Made by a program: the position numbers and the translations under genes. A DNA stretch of 64,000 nucleotides from an uncultured Planctomycetota bacterium (GTDB lineage Bacteria; Planctomycetota; Planctomycetia; Isosphaerales; Isosphaeraceae). Under the pieces are notes generated by a model. That model was given only the letters and a program-made list of their open reading frames with translations. It did not search any database and was not told the DNA's origin. Positions 48,974 to 59,302 of the stretch are shown piece after piece (the first letter of the stretch is position 1; each line of letters starts with the position of its first letter). The stretch spans positions 2,120,493 to 2,184,492 of the forward strand of contig CAWGMQ010000008.1 in NCBI GenBank assembly GCA_963823665.1, read 5' to 3'.

Positions 48974-50314
48974 GTGAGCAAACCGTTTGCGGATCGAGCC
49001 GATGCAGGCCGCGTTCTGGCGGAAGATCTCAAGGAGTATTCCGGCCGCCCGGATGTGATCGTCTTGGGGCTGCCGCGGGGTGGAATCCCCGTCGCCTACG
49101 AGGTCGCACTCGCCTTGCATGCACCGCTCGACGTTTTCCTGGTGCGAAAACTTGGCGCCCCGGGGCAGGAAGAACTGGCAATGGGAGCCATCGCTTCCGG
49201 CGGTGTCGTCGTCGTGAACGATGAAGTCATCGACGCGCTTGGAATCTCTCAAGAAGAACTGAAGGCCGAAGTCGAAACCGAGACCCGGGAGCTCGAGCGC
49301 CGCGAGGCAATGTATCGAGGCGGATCTCCGCTCGCCCCGATCAACGGAAAAACCGTGATCTTGATCGACGACGGCCTGGCAACCGGCTCGACAATGCGCG
49401 CTGCCCTGGCCGCTCTCAAACGCTTTGAGCCCTCGCAGGTCGTGGTCGCAGTTCCCGTCGGTGCCAGTTCGACTTGCGCCGAGCTCGAAGCCATCGCCGA
49501 TCGCTGCGTGTGCTCCATTTCGCCGGAGAACTTCCGTTCGGTCGGCTTGTGGTATGACGATTTTGCCCAGACGACGGACGAGGAGGTCAGCGAGCTGCTC
49601 CGCCGCGGTGCCGCCCGCTTCATCGGAAGTGCGCAGGACAATCCCGCCACGCCGCTGCACACTGGGCTCGAGCGCGACTTGACGATTGACACCGACGGGC
49701 GAACACTGCGCGGAACGCTTGGACTTCCCGAGCGCGCTGCCGCGGTCGTCCTCTTCGCGCACGGCAGCGGCAGCGGGCGGAAGAGCCCGCGGAACCAGTA
49801 CGTCGCGGACGTCTTGCAGAATGCCGGGCTGGCAACACTCTTGATCGATCTTCTCGAAGAGGAAGAAGCCAGCGATCGCTCCAAGGTTTTCGACATCGCG
49901 CTCCTCGCTGGACGCCTACGAGCCGCGGCCCAGTGGCTCGCCGGCAGGCCCGAGACAGCCCACCTTCGGCTCGGATACTTCGGGGCAAGCACCGGCGCCG
50001 GGGCGGCACTCCTCGCGGCGGCGCAAGCACCCGAATCGGTTGGTGCCATCGTCTCACGCGGGGGGCGCCCTGATCTTGCAGACCTGGCGCTGCCACTCGT
50101 CACAGCACCCTGCCTGCTCATCGTCGGCGGCGGCGATCAACAAGTCCTCGAGCTCAATCGCCAGGCATACGAACGCATGAAATGCCTGCGCCGACTCGTT
50201 GTCGTTTCCGGCGCGACGCACCTGTTTCCCGAACCTGGGGCGCTCGAGGAAGTCGCCCAGCGGGCCAAAGAGTGGTTTGTTCAGTATCTGGTTAGCCCGG
50301 CGGACGTTCGATGA
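48974..50314 (+). CDS. Phosphoribosyltransferase-like + alpha/beta hydrolase (dienelactone hydrolase-like) fusion, Rv0571c-type
   Basis: 'FADRADAG', 'LPRGG' and '[10 protein letters not shown]', then 'FAHGSGS', 'GYFGASTG', 'SRGGRPDLA' and 'THLF'. Confidence 0.88.
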   Translation: MSKPFADRADAGRVLAEDLKEYSGRPDVIVLGLPRGGIPVAYEVALALHAPLDVFLVRKLGAPGQEELAMGAIASGGVVVVNDEVIDALGISQEELKAEVETETRELERREAMYRGGSPLAPINGKTVILIDDGLATGSTMRAALAALKRFEPSQVVVAVPVGASSTCAELEAIADRCVCSISPENFRSVGLWYDDFAQTTDEEVSELLRRGAARFIGSAQDNPATPLHTGLERDLTIDTDGRTLRGTLGLPERAAAVVLFAHGSGSGRKSPRNQYVADVLQNAGLATLLIDLLEEEEASDRSKVFDIALLAGRLRAAAQWLAGRPETAHLRLGYFGASTGAGAALLAAAQAPESVGAIVSRGGRPDLADLALPLVTAPCLLIVGGGDQQVLELNRQAYERMKCLRRLVVVSGATHLFPEPGALEEVAQRAKEWFVQYLVSPADVR

Positions 50315-50449
50315 CAACGAACTGCCTCGATCACGTTCGAACTACGCAGGACCCCCAACGAGAAGGTTTGCTCACGCCCGACGGTCGACTACACTGGACG
50401 TTCCTTCCGGACCATCCCACCATCATTCGATTTCAACCGGGAACCCGCC

Positions 50450-51208
50450 GTGCTGCTACAGGAGTTGAGCTGGCCCAGCGTTGCGGCCGTCGCCACGGAG
50501 GTGCCGATCGTTGTTCCAATCGCCGCCATCGAGCAGCACGGGCGCCATCTGCCCGTCTTCACCGACAGCATGCTGCTCGGCGAAGTCTCCGGGCGCGCTC
50601 GAACCGTACTGGGTGACCGCGTGCTCTGGACGCCTCTCCTCTGGCTGGGAAACTCTCACCATCACATGGACTTCGCCGGCACTCTTTCAGCCGCGCCTCG
50701 GACTTACCTCGACCTTCTCGCCGATCTGATCGGCAACCTCGTCACCCACGGTTTCAAGAGGATCGTGCTCTTGAACGGGCACGGCGGCAACATCGTTCCA
50801 GCCGGGCAGGCCGTTTTTGAAGCCCGCCAGCGCTACCGGGCTCGTAATGACTTGTTGCTGCTTTCCGCGACGTACTGGCTATTGGGCTCCAGGCCGAAAC
50901 AAGCCGATCCGTCACTCGTGCAGGATCAAATGGGCCACGCTTGCGAGTGGGAGACCTCGATGATGCTGCATCTCGCGCCGCGGTCAGTCGGCGACCTGAG
51001 CCAGGTTGAGGCGGTATCGTCGCGAATGCCGTTCGAGGCGGCGGCGCAGGGCTGGATTACGAAGGATCGAAGCTCAAATGGCCACATTGGTGATCCAAGA
51101 CACGCGACAGCCGCCAAGGGTGAAACCCTGTTCCGGTTGTTTGCCCAGGACGTCGTCACCTTTCTGGAGCGGGTGATCCAATGGGATGGCCGTTCCTGGG
51201 ATGGATGA
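50450..51208 (+). CDS. Creatininase family amidohydrolase
   Basis: 'EQHGRHLPVFTD', 'SHHH', 'NGHGGN' and 'HACEWETS'. Confidence 0.92.
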   Translation: MLLQELSWPSVAAVATEVPIVVPIAAIEQHGRHLPVFTDSMLLGEVSGRARTVLGDRVLWTPLLWLGNSHHHMDFAGTLSAAPRTYLDLLADLIGNLVTHGFKRIVLLNGHGGNIVPAGQAVFEARQRYRARNDLLLLSATYWLLGSRPKQADPSLVQDQMGHACEWETSMMLHLAPRSVGDLSQVEAVSSRMPFEAAAQGWITKDRSSNGHIGDPRHATAAKGETLFRLFAQDVVTFLERVIQWDGRSWDG

Positions 51209-52535
51209 TATGGATGGGAGTGAAGCAACTGCGAAAGACCCGTTACAGCGTGCGTCACCGCGAACCTGGGCTATCTGCGTTTTGATGCTGCTCGCAACAA
51301 TGCTCAACTACATGGACCGGCTGGCGCTTTCGCAGCAGGCAACCGAGATTAGCAGCGAGCTCGGGCTCACAAACAAGGATTACGCCGCTATCGAGCAAGG
51401 ATTTGGACTCGCTTTTGCGATCGGAGGCGTCGTCACAGGTCTCGCGGCAGACCGAATCAGCCCGCGCTGGCTCTATCCCGGTGTGTTGCTATGCTGGTCG
51501 CTCGTCGGATGTGCAACCGGCTGGGTGACAAGCTATCGCGAGCTGCTCGTTTGCAGAGTGCTGCTCGGCTTCTTCGAGGCCGGACAGTGGCCGTGCGCTT
51601 TGGTCACAGCCCAGCGTATGCTTTCACGCCGGGACCGCCCGCTGGGTAACAGCATCATCCAGAGCGGCGCGTCTCTGGGCGCGATCGCCACGCCAATCGC
51701 CGTACTGTATCTTGCGACCGCTTCCACGGGCGGCTGGCGGCTGCCGTTCCGCGTCATCGGCGCAGCCGGTGTCGGCTGGGTGGCGGTCTGGTTGGCCACG
51801 GTCCGCTCTCGTGACTTGCATCTTGCAGAGTCGGCTACGCCCGGCTTGACAGAGGACGGTCATTTTGTGGGAGAAAGTGCAGAGGCTGGAGCGAAAAAAT
51901 CGCCATTTTTCAGAAGCTCGACCTTCATCCGCCGGTTTCTCGCCCTGGGCATCGTTGTCGTCGTCATCAACCTTTGCTGGCAGTTCTTCAGGGCCTGGAT
52001 GCCCAAAATGCTCCGGGAGCAGTATCAGTATCGCGCAAACGATGTCCAGTATTTCTCAATTGGGTACTACATCGCGGCCGACGTGGGGTGCCTGGCGATC
52101 GGGTTCCTCACAAAATGGCTCTCGGGCCGCGGCATATCTGTGCACGGAGCTCGCTTGGCCACCTTTTTCCTGTGCTGTCTCCTGACCGCGCTCAGCGTCG
52201 TGGCCGCGGGTTTGCCGGCCTCTGCCTTGCTGTTGGCCACACTCATGGTCATCGGATTCGGCTCGCTCGGGCAATTCCCAAACTATTACGCCTTCACACA
52301 GGAACTCTCCGCACGTCGAATGGGAAACATCACCGGTGCGCTCAGCTTTCTAACCTGGATGGTCCACGCGCTCGTGCAAGACCCGATTGGCGCCTGGCTC
52401 GACCGCACCCACCGCTACGCGCCAATCATGCTGCTGGCCGGTCTGATGCCGCTTGTCGGACTTCTTGCAGTCGTTTTACTTTGGAATCCATGGTGGCAGC
52501 GTGCCCCGCGTAAAAGCGACACTATGAACAAATGA
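51201..52535 (+). CDS. MFS transporter (ACS/hexuronate transporter-like)
   Basis: 'NYMDR', 'GLAADR', 'RVLLGFFEAG' and 'GWRLPF', with about 12 TM helices. Confidence 0.9.
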   Translation: MDDMDGSEATAKDPLQRASPRTWAICVLMLLATMLNYMDRLALSQQATEISSELGLTNKDYAAIEQGFGLAFAIGGVVTGLAADRISPRWLYPGVLLCWSLVGCATGWVTSYRELLVCRVLLGFFEAGQWPCALVTAQRMLSRRDRPLGNSIIQSGASLGAIATPIAVLYLATASTGGWRLPFRVIGAAGVGWVAVWLATVRSRDLHLAESATPGLTEDGHFVGESAEAGAKKSPFFRSSTFIRRFLALGIVVVVINLCWQFFRAWMPKMLREQYQYRANDVQYFSIGYYIAADVGCLAIGFLTKWLSGRGISVHGARLATFFLCCLLTALSVVAAGLPASALLLATLMVIGFGSLGQFPNYYAFTQELSARRMGNITGALSFLTWMVHALVQDPIGAWLDRTHRYAPIMLLAGLMPLVGLLAVVLLWNPWWQRAPRKSDTMNK

Positions 52536-55510
52536 ATTACATAACTCTACTTCCACCCTGCTTGATGTTCTTGGTTGTACCGCTCTTCGCAGAGATCGCC
52601 CGCGGAGCAGACGGTCCACGATCGCCAGCCGAGTCGATGAAGGCGTTCGTGCTCGCCGACCCCGATCTCACGATCGAGCTGGTTGCGTCCGAACCCGAGC
52701 TGACAAGCCCAGTCGCCATCGCCTGGGACGAAGACGGCCGGCTCTACGTAGCCGAGATGAACGACTACCCGACGGCCAAGGCAGCCGGACGCATTCGCCG
52801 TTTGGAAGATCGCGACGGCGACGGACGCTACGACCATTCGACGGTCTTCGCCGACGGGCTGCCGTTTCCCAACGGCGTGCTGCCGTGCTTCGGCGGCTTG
52901 ATCGTAACGGCAGCCCCGAATATTTGGTTCTTGCGAGATACCGACGGCGATGGACGTGCCGACGAGCGGCAGGTAGTTCTTACCGGCTTCGGCGAGGGCA
53001 ACACGCAGCTCCGGGTGAACGCGCCCACTTGGGGGCTGGATAACTCCATCTACGCTGCCAACGGTCGCAGTGACGGCGACGTCGTCGTGCCGGATATCCC
53101 AAACTCGAAACCGGTCTCGATCCGACGCCGCGACGTGAAATTCACTCCAGTGCCGATGCCTGGAGCGCCCGGGCATTTCTTCTACGCCTCCGATGTACAG
53201 CCCATCGCAGGATTCAGCCAGTTTGGTTTGGCTCACGACAATTGGGGAAACCGCTTTCCCTCGTGGAATACGATCCCGATCCGGCACGTCGTGCTCGAGC
53301 AGCAGATGCTGGACCGAAATCCCTACTTGGCCGAGACATCGTCGGTCGCCTCGATTCTGGATCTCGCCGACGGCGGGCGCATCTTCGCCATCAGTCCGGC
53401 ACAGGCACGTTTCAATCGTGAGTCGGTCGCATTCTTCAACGCCAGTTGCGGACCGGTCATCGATCGTGGCGGTCTGCTCCCCACCGCATATCATGGTAAC
53501 GCCTTCGTGTGCGAGCCCCTGACAAACCTGGTGCACCGCCGGGTTCTCGAACCCTCGGGCGTCACCTTCATCGCCCGTCGAGCCGAACAAGGCCGCGAGT
53601 TCCTTGCCTCGACCGATCCTGCATTCCGTCCAGTCAACCTGGCCACCGGTCCGGATGGAGCACTCTACATCGTGGACATGTACCGCGAGCTCGTCGAGCA
53701 TCCTCAGTTCGTCCCAGAGCCAGCCCGCGGAACCGTCGACTTCAGGCGGTGGCATGACCGAGGACGGATCTGGCGGATCCGACCAAAAGCCGCGGCAATG
53801 GCGAGACACGATTACCCGAACTTGAGCAAGGCTGATGTGCCCCAGCTTGTGCGGCTTCTCAGCCATTCCAATGGATGGTGGCGAACCACCGCGCAACGGT
53901 TGCTGGTGGAGCGGTGCTTCCGGAACGACCCGTCACAACCAACGAAGCTGATTGCGGCACCATTATTGATCGACGTGCTGAAAACCAGCTCCAACCCACT
54001 GGCACGGCTGCACGCTCTCTGGACATTGGCGGCAATGAATAGCGCGGACGAAGCGGTTCTGACCCAGGTCGCCGCCGATCCGCACCCGGCCGTGCGCGAG
54101 CACGCCCTGCGCGTGGCCAACGATATGGAAAGGCGATTTCGCAAGCGACTCGTTCCCACTTCGACGCTCGTCAAGTTCGCAGAAGATCCAGCCATTCGAG
54201 TTCGCCTGCATGTGGCCGTCGCCCTCGGCGACCGCTGCGGTAATGAGCCTGCTGCGCTTCGGGCGCTGGGAAGGATCGCGGCACAAGACGCGGACGATCC
54301 CTGGATGCGACTGGCGATCTTGAGCAGCCTGGCCGAATCGTCCCTCGCTTTTCTCCCGCTCTGTAGCCACATTGCTTCACCTCTTGGCCGCGCCGAATTG
54401 CAATCGCAGGCCGCTGCGATCCTTGGTGTGCGTCGCAGGACGGATGAGTTGACCGCCCTGCTGAAACTCATCGGCGTGCGTGCGAAGCGCGCCGATCGCC
54501 AAGCCCTCGCGGATTGTCTGGCCTTGATGAAGGGGATGGCCGAAGGCCTCGAACGATCCGGCGCTCCCCTCTCGGCACTCATCTCGACGCCACCACCTGA
54601 ACTGAAATCAGCCTTCGAGCAAGTGAATAGCCTCTGGAATGCCGCGACCGCTTGCGCCACGTCGAACGATCCGGCCAGTGAACGCCTCACCGCGATCGAG
54701 CTACTCGCTCGCGCCCGCCCGGACATCGCCGAGAATGTCGTCCTGAAACTCCTCATGACTGCACAGCCGGCAGAAATTCATAAGGGCGCAGTCAGGGCCG
54801 TCGCAATCGCTCGCCGGCCTTCTCTAGCCTCACAGGTTCTCGCCAGTTGGAACAAGCTGGCCGTCGCAATCCGCCGCGAGTTGCTCGCTGGATTAGCAAG
54901 CAACCCGGTATTCGCACCGGCGCTCGTCCAGGCTCTCGAGCACGAGACCATCACTCCCGGCGAGCTCGACGGCCCCACCCGCACCATGCTCGAGCGTCTC
55001 TCGGATACCGGCCAGCGCGAGCGTGCCGCCAAGATCTTGGCCAGGTTTACCCCGCCCCAGCGTTCCGACGCCCTGGCACGCTATCAGGCTGCACTCAAGC
55101 TCCCGGGCGATGCCACCCGCGGCGCCAGCGTTTTCGCCAAGAATTGCCTCACATGCCACCAGCGCCAAGGGCAAGGGCACCGGGTTGGCCCCGACCTTTC
55201 CGGCATCGCTGGCAAAGCGCCCGACGCCCTGCTTTCGGACATCATCGACCCCAATCGCGAAGTCGCCCCAGATTATGCCACGCTCGCAGTCGCGACCCGC
55301 AATGGCCAGTCTTTCGCAGGCCTGCTTGCCGAAGAAACGGCAACCACGCTCAAGCTGCGCCGGGCAGACGGAGTTGAAGACAACCTGCTTCGCACCGAAA
55401 TTGATGAAATTCGCTCCACCGGAAAGTCCCTGATGCCCGAGGGAATCGAACAGAATATCAACTTCCAGGAAATGTCCGACTTGATTTCGTTCCTGCGCGA
55501 GGGACGATAA
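52532..55510 (+). CDS. PVC-type membrane-bound dehydrogenase-like protein (beta-propeller + HEAT repeats + cytochrome c)
   Basis: 'ELVASEP', 'DRDGDGRYD', 'FRPVNLATGPDGALYIVDMYR', HEAT-like repeats, 'CLTCH...VGPDL' and 'SLMPEG'. Confidence 0.92.
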   Translation: MNYITLLPPCLMFLVVPLFAEIARGADGPRSPAESMKAFVLADPDLTIELVASEPELTSPVAIAWDEDGRLYVAEMNDYPTAKAAGRIRRLEDRDGDGRYDHSTVFADGLPFPNGVLPCFGGLIVTAAPNIWFLRDTDGDGRADERQVVLTGFGEGNTQLRVNAPTWGLDNSIYAANGRSDGDVVVPDIPNSKPVSIRRRDVKFTPVPMPGAPGHFFYASDVQPIAGFSQFGLAHDNWGNRFPSWNTIPIRHVVLEQQMLDRNPYLAETSSVASILDLADGGRIFAISPAQARFNRESVAFFNASCGPVIDRGGLLPTAYHGNAFVCEPLTNLVHRRVLEPSGVTFIARRAEQGREFLASTDPAFRPVNLATGPDGALYIVDMYRELVEHPQFVPEPARGTVDFRRWHDRGRIWRIRPKAAAMARHDYPNLSKADVPQLVRLLSHSNGWWRTTAQRLLVERCFRNDPSQPTKLIAAPLLIDVLKTSSNPLARLHALWTLAAMNSADEAVLTQVAADPHPAVREHALRVANDMERRFRKRLVPTSTLVKFAEDPAIRVRLHVAVALGDRCGNEPAALRALGRIAAQDADDPWMRLAILSSLAESSLAFLPLCSHIASPLGRAELQSQAAAILGVRRRTDELTALLKLIGVRAKRADRQALADCLALMKGMAEGLERSGAPLSALISTPPPELKSAFEQVNSLWNAATACATSNDPASERLTAIELLARARPDIAENVVLKLLMTAQPAEIHKGAVRAVAIARRPSLASQVLASWNKLAVAIRRELLAGLASNPVFAPALVQALEHETITPGELDGPTRTMLERLSDTGQRERAAKILARFTPPQRSDALARYQAALKLPGDATRGASVFAKNCLTCHQRQGQGHRVGPDLSGIAGKAPDALLSDIIDPNREVAPDYATLAVATRNGQSFAGLLAEETATTLKLRRADGVEDNLLRTEIDEIRSTGKSLMPEGIEQNINFQEMSDLISFLREGR

Positions 55511-55544
55511 AGACCCGCGCCGATACAACCACGGGGGAACCGCC

Positions 55545-56315
55545 ATGAATCGCTTGAAAGGAAAAGTCGCCGTGATCACAGGCGCAGGCGCAGGAATCGG
55601 CCGGGCAACCGCTGAGCTGTTCGCCGAAGAAGGTGCTGCCGTGGTGATCGCCGAGCGAGATGAGTCAACCGGCCGGGATGCACAGGAGCAGATCAAGAAT
55701 GCCGGTGGAAGAGCACTCTTCGTGCGCACCGATGTTTCCGACGAGACAAGCGTCAAACAGATGGCTGCCCAGGCCGTCTCGGCATTCGGGTCAGTCCAGA
55801 TTCTGGTGAATAATGCCGCGATCTTCATTCTTAAAGGCATTGATGCAACTCCTGAGGAGTGGCGGCCCATGCTGGACATCAACATCATGGGCCCCGCGCT
55901 TGTTGCCAAGCACATCGTCCCGGCGATTCGCTCCTCCGGTGGCGGATCCATCGTGAACCTCGCCTCGATCTCGTCGTTCATCGCCCAGCCGAATTTCGTG
56001 ACCTACAACACAACCAAGGCAGCCATTCTGGGCATGACCCGGTGCATGGCCATGGATCTGGCGCCTGACAACATCCGCGTCAACTCGGTCTGTCCCGGCG
56101 TCGTCTGGACACAGATCGTGGAAAAGCAAGCCAATGCGATGGGGCTGGACAGGGCCGCTGCGGACGTTCACCCGCAATGGGCCGGCGCTCAGTTGATTCA
56201 GCGCTGTGCCGATCCTCGAGAGATCGCACACGCGATTCTGTTCCTCGCGTCAGACGACGCATCCTTCATCACAGGCTCCCACCTGATGGCCGACGGCGGA
56301 TACACAGCAAAGTAA
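55545..56315 (+). CDS. SDR family NAD(P)-dependent oxidoreductase
   Basis: TGAGAGIG, NNAA, YNTTK and 'IRVNSVCPG'. Confidence 0.95.
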   Translation: MNRLKGKVAVITGAGAGIGRATAELFAEEGAAVVIAERDESTGRDAQEQIKNAGGRALFVRTDVSDETSVKQMAAQAVSAFGSVQILVNNAAIFILKGIDATPEEWRPMLDINIMGPALVAKHIVPAIRSSGGGSIVNLASISSFIAQPNFVTYNTTKAAILGMTRCMAMDLAPDNIRVNSVCPGVVWTQIVEKQANAMGLDRAAADVHPQWAGAQLIQRCADPREIAHAILFLASDDASFITGSHLMADGGYTAK

Positions 56316-56320
56316 TATCG

Positions 56321-57037
56321 TCATCTTATGATATGAAAATCAACAACCAAAGGAAGGTGATCAGACGCTTCGCGCGCCAGCCTGGTGTGGACGATTCGCG
56401 CGTGCCGAATCTCGAACGGGCCTCGCACAAAGGTCTTGTCCAGCGAAACAACCGGCCAGTAAGCGGGGAATGACCGGAACCGGGCTCGTGGTGCAGTCAC
56501 TTGCACAAAGCCGTGCGACGCAAACGGTCCACGAGCCAGCGTGTTGAGCCAATCATTGAAATCACCGGCTATCACCGTCGGCAGGTGAGCCGACGCGCGG
56601 AAATCTGCGTGGTTGAGCAAGTGCCGAACCTGCCAGTGCCGCTCGCGCTCGGCCAGTCCGAGATGCCAGTTCACAAGATGAATCAGCCCCTCCGGTGTCT
56701 CGACCACGGCCATCTGCGCACCGCGAGGCTTGCGACGTTTTCGGCGCAGCGAGATCTGCTGACATTCCCGGAACGGCCAGCGCGACAACACGAGGTTTCC
56801 ATACCCACCGTTCTTGAGTCGCACGTTGCTCTGGTAAACGTGTGCCGTTGCGTTGAGCGCCTCGCTGAGCCTCCGCGGCTGGTCCTCGTGCCGGGATCGG
56901 GCCAGGTGACGATCGACCTCCTGAAGGCAGATGAAATCCGGGTCTTCAGCCAGGATAACCTGGATGATCCGCTCGAGCCGGTACCGCCGATCCCGGCCGC
57001 CGATCCCTTTGTGAATGTTATAGCTCAGAAGACGCAT
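56321..57037 (-). CDS. Endonuclease/exonuclease/phosphatase (EEP) family protein
   Basis: 'SYNIHKG', 'LQEVD', 'HLGL', 'GDFND' and 'SDHLP'. Confidence 0.92.
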   Translation of the reverse strand: MRLLSYNIHKGIGGRDRRYRLERIIQVILAEDPDFICLQEVDRHLARSRHEDQPRRLSEALNATAHVYQSNVRLKNGGYGNLVLSRWPFRECQQISLRRKRRKPRGAQMAVVETPEGLIHLVNWHLGLAERERHWQVRHLLNHADFRASAHLPTVIAGDFNDWLNTLARGPFASHGFVQVTAPRARFRSFPAYWPVVSLDKTFVRGPFEIRHARIVHTRLAREASDHLPLVVDFHIIR

Positions 57038-57788
57038 CGTTGCCTGTCTCGGGTTCAGTCGGGCGGTTCACGATAGGGGTCGCTTCCTTTGTTGCCGGCT
57101 GGCTCTCACTGCGGCTTGTTCGCGGAACTCCGAAGAAGGACCGGCGACACCTCGACACGTGTTGGCCGAGCTTGAGATCGGCACCTTCCAGTGCGGCGTG
57201 TCGCGCCTTGCCGTCGCCGTCGTGAGCAACAGGCTGATCAAGCGACTCTACCGAATGAAGCTCTGTCGGGATCTGGTTCCGTTGCGCGCGGCTTATTCCC
57301 CAGACGACGATCATGTGGTGAACGGTCCGATAAGCGAACCAGAACCCGATCACATTCGGTCCCGGTAACAGGGCGAGTACGGTGGCGAACGGCGTGATCA
57401 ATGCGTTGACACCCAACCAGAAATAGTGGCGCCTCCCCTGTCTGGTCAAATAGCTCTGCCATTCGTCGAGGACATCGGCTTCGCTTCGCCCCGCCGGGTG
57501 GTGCAGCTTGATCCGCCGCGCGGAGCGAAGCCGCGCCAGCATCGCTTCGTCCGGACGTGCCAGAGTGTGCAGCCAGTCCCACACCTCGCGCACCCAGTAC
57601 AGTGCCCCCGAACCGGCGTCATGCCACGCCGCCTTGAACCTGGCAATACGGTCAACCACCCATTTGCGTATCCCCGACCGCGGCTCCTCAGGTGAACCGC
57701 TCTCGTCGTCATCGTCGCGATCGGGGTCTGATTCGTCCGCGAAGAAGAAGAATCGTTCCTCATCGATCAACACCATGTAGATCTTCAC
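57018..57788 (-). CDS. Hypothetical protein resembling the mitochondrial K+/H+ exchange-related (Mit_KHE1) family
   Basis: 'RRHYFWLGVNALITPF...LLPGPNVIGFWFAYRTVHH'. GTG start at 57788 with GGAG RBS. Confidence 0.55.
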   Translation of the reverse strand: MKIYMVLIDEERFFFFADESDPDRDDDDESGSPEEPRSGIRKWVVDRIARFKAAWHDAGSGALYWVREVWDWLHTLARPDEAMLARLRSARRIKLHHPAGRSEADVLDEWQSYLTRQGRRHYFWLGVNALITPFATVLALLPGPNVIGFWFAYRTVHHMIVVWGISRAQRNQIPTELHSVESLDQPVAHDGDGKARHAALEGADLKLGQHVSRCRRSFFGVPRTSRSESQPATKEATPIVNRPTEPETGNDASSEL

Positions 57789-57834
57789 CGCACTCCGCTC
57801 TCGACTTCCCGCAGCGCGTAAAAGATTGTAGCGA

Positions 57835-59298
57835 TCACGCCACGATGTCGCGAATGACGTGCCCAAAATCGATTTCCAGACGCTTGTGCCCGGGCACCTC
57901 GAGCCGATGAGCGTCAAGCCCGAGCTGATGGAGCAACGTGGCGTGGATGTCCGTCACATAATGGCGGTCGACGACGGCATGATAACCAATCTCGTCCGTC
58001 GCACCGTGAACGATCCCTCCTTTGATCCCGCCACCGGCCATCCAGACCGAAAACCCATACGGGTGGTGATCCCGCCCGTCTTTCCCCTCGGAGCCGGGCG
58101 TTCGCCCGAATTCGGTCGCCCACACAACGATTGTCTCGTCAAGCAAACCACGCTGCTTCAGATCGGTGAGCAACCCCGCAATCGGTTTGTCCACCTGAGC
58201 GCACTGGATAGCGTGATTCTGCCGCAAGAGCCCGTGGGCATCCCACGCGCCGGCCCCTCCGTTCGACCCGTGGAACACCTGCACGAACCGCACTCCGCGC
58301 TCCACCATCCGCCGGGCCGCAAGACACATCTGCCCGAACGGACGAGTGACATCCTCGTCCAGCCCATACAGGCGGTCCATCGCCTCAGGCTCGCGTGTAA
58401 GTTGCATCACCTCCGGAACCGCCGTTTGCATGCGGAATGCCAGTTCGTACGACTTGATCCTCGCTCGCAGTACCGCATCATCCGGATACCTGGCGGCCGA
58501 CAAGCGGTTCAGTCGGCCCAGCAGCTCAAACTCGCCAGCCTGCTCTTCGTGAAACACGCCCCGGGCCGGCGTCGCAAACGGCAAGGGGTTCTTGGGATCG
58601 ACTGAGATCTGAATTCCGTCATGCTCGGGGCCCAGGTAGCTCGCCCCATGTCCCCCCAGTCCGCCGCAACAATCCGCAATCGGCGAACCGATCACGACGA
58701 AGCTCGGCAACTCATCGCTCTGTGCGCCAAGCCCATAATGAATCCACGAGCCGATCGTCGGAAACTGGCCCTCGAGCATGTGCCGCCCAGTGTGGAATTG
58801 AAGCTGCGCACCGTGATCATTGTCTGTCGTCCACATCGAACGAATAACAGCCACTAGGTCGACGCATGAGCCCAGGTGTGGCCACCAATCGCTGATCTCG
58901 GTCCCGCACTCACCCCGCTTGCGATAGCCGACCTGCAGCGGATAAAGGCTCCGGCGAATGTGAAGCTCGGGTTGGTCCTGCAAAAGCACTCGCAGGTTGC
59001 CGCTGAACTTGCTCTTGAGAGCATCCGCAAACGGCGTCTCGGCGATCGTCTTTCCCGCGTACCGATTGAGCGCAGGCTTCGGATCAAAACTCTCGACGTG
59101 GCTGGTACCCCCGATCATGAACAGCCAGATCACGTTCTTGGCCCTGGGAGCGAAGTGGGGTTTCCCATCCGGAGGCGTGTACGCCCGCACGTCGTGATCG
59201 CCGGCTTGAGCCAAGCCATCGCGATGCAAGAGAGCGCTCAAGGCCACGCCACCCAGCCCCAGCCCCATTTCGTTAATGAACGCACGTCGCGTGATCAT
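57835..59298 (-). CDS. DUF1501 domain-containing protein (Tat signal)
   Basis: 'TRRAF', 'AKNVIWLFMIGGTSHVESFDPKP', 'WDAH', 'EFGRTP' and 'GRDHH'. Confidence 0.93.
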   Translation of the reverse strand: MITRRAFINEMGLGLGGVALSALLHRDGLAQAGDHDVRAYTPPDGKPHFAPRAKNVIWLFMIGGTSHVESFDPKPALNRYAGKTIAETPFADALKSKFSGNLRVLLQDQPELHIRRSLYPLQVGYRKRGECGTEISDWWPHLGSCVDLVAVIRSMWTTDNDHGAQLQFHTGRHMLEGQFPTIGSWIHYGLGAQSDELPSFVVIGSPIADCCGGLGGHGASYLGPEHDGIQISVDPKNPLPFATPARGVFHEEQAGEFELLGRLNRLSAARYPDDAVLRARIKSYELAFRMQTAVPEVMQLTREPEAMDRLYGLDEDVTRPFGQMCLAARRMVERGVRFVQVFHGSNGGAGAWDAHGLLRQNHAIQCAQVDKPIAGLLTDLKQRGLLDETIVVWATEFGRTPGSEGKDGRDHHPYGFSVWMAGGGIKGGIVHGATDEIGYHAVVDRHYVTDIHATLLHQLGLDAHRLEVPGHKRLEIDFGHVIRDIVA

Positions 59299-59302
59299 GT
59301 CA

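Noticed and set aside
52547..55981. Long antisense ORFs (e.g. 52547-53896, 53812-54756, 54893-55981) and similar ones across the window
   Set aside because: These are shadow ORFs opposite well-supported genes, which is expected at high GC. They carry no motifs.
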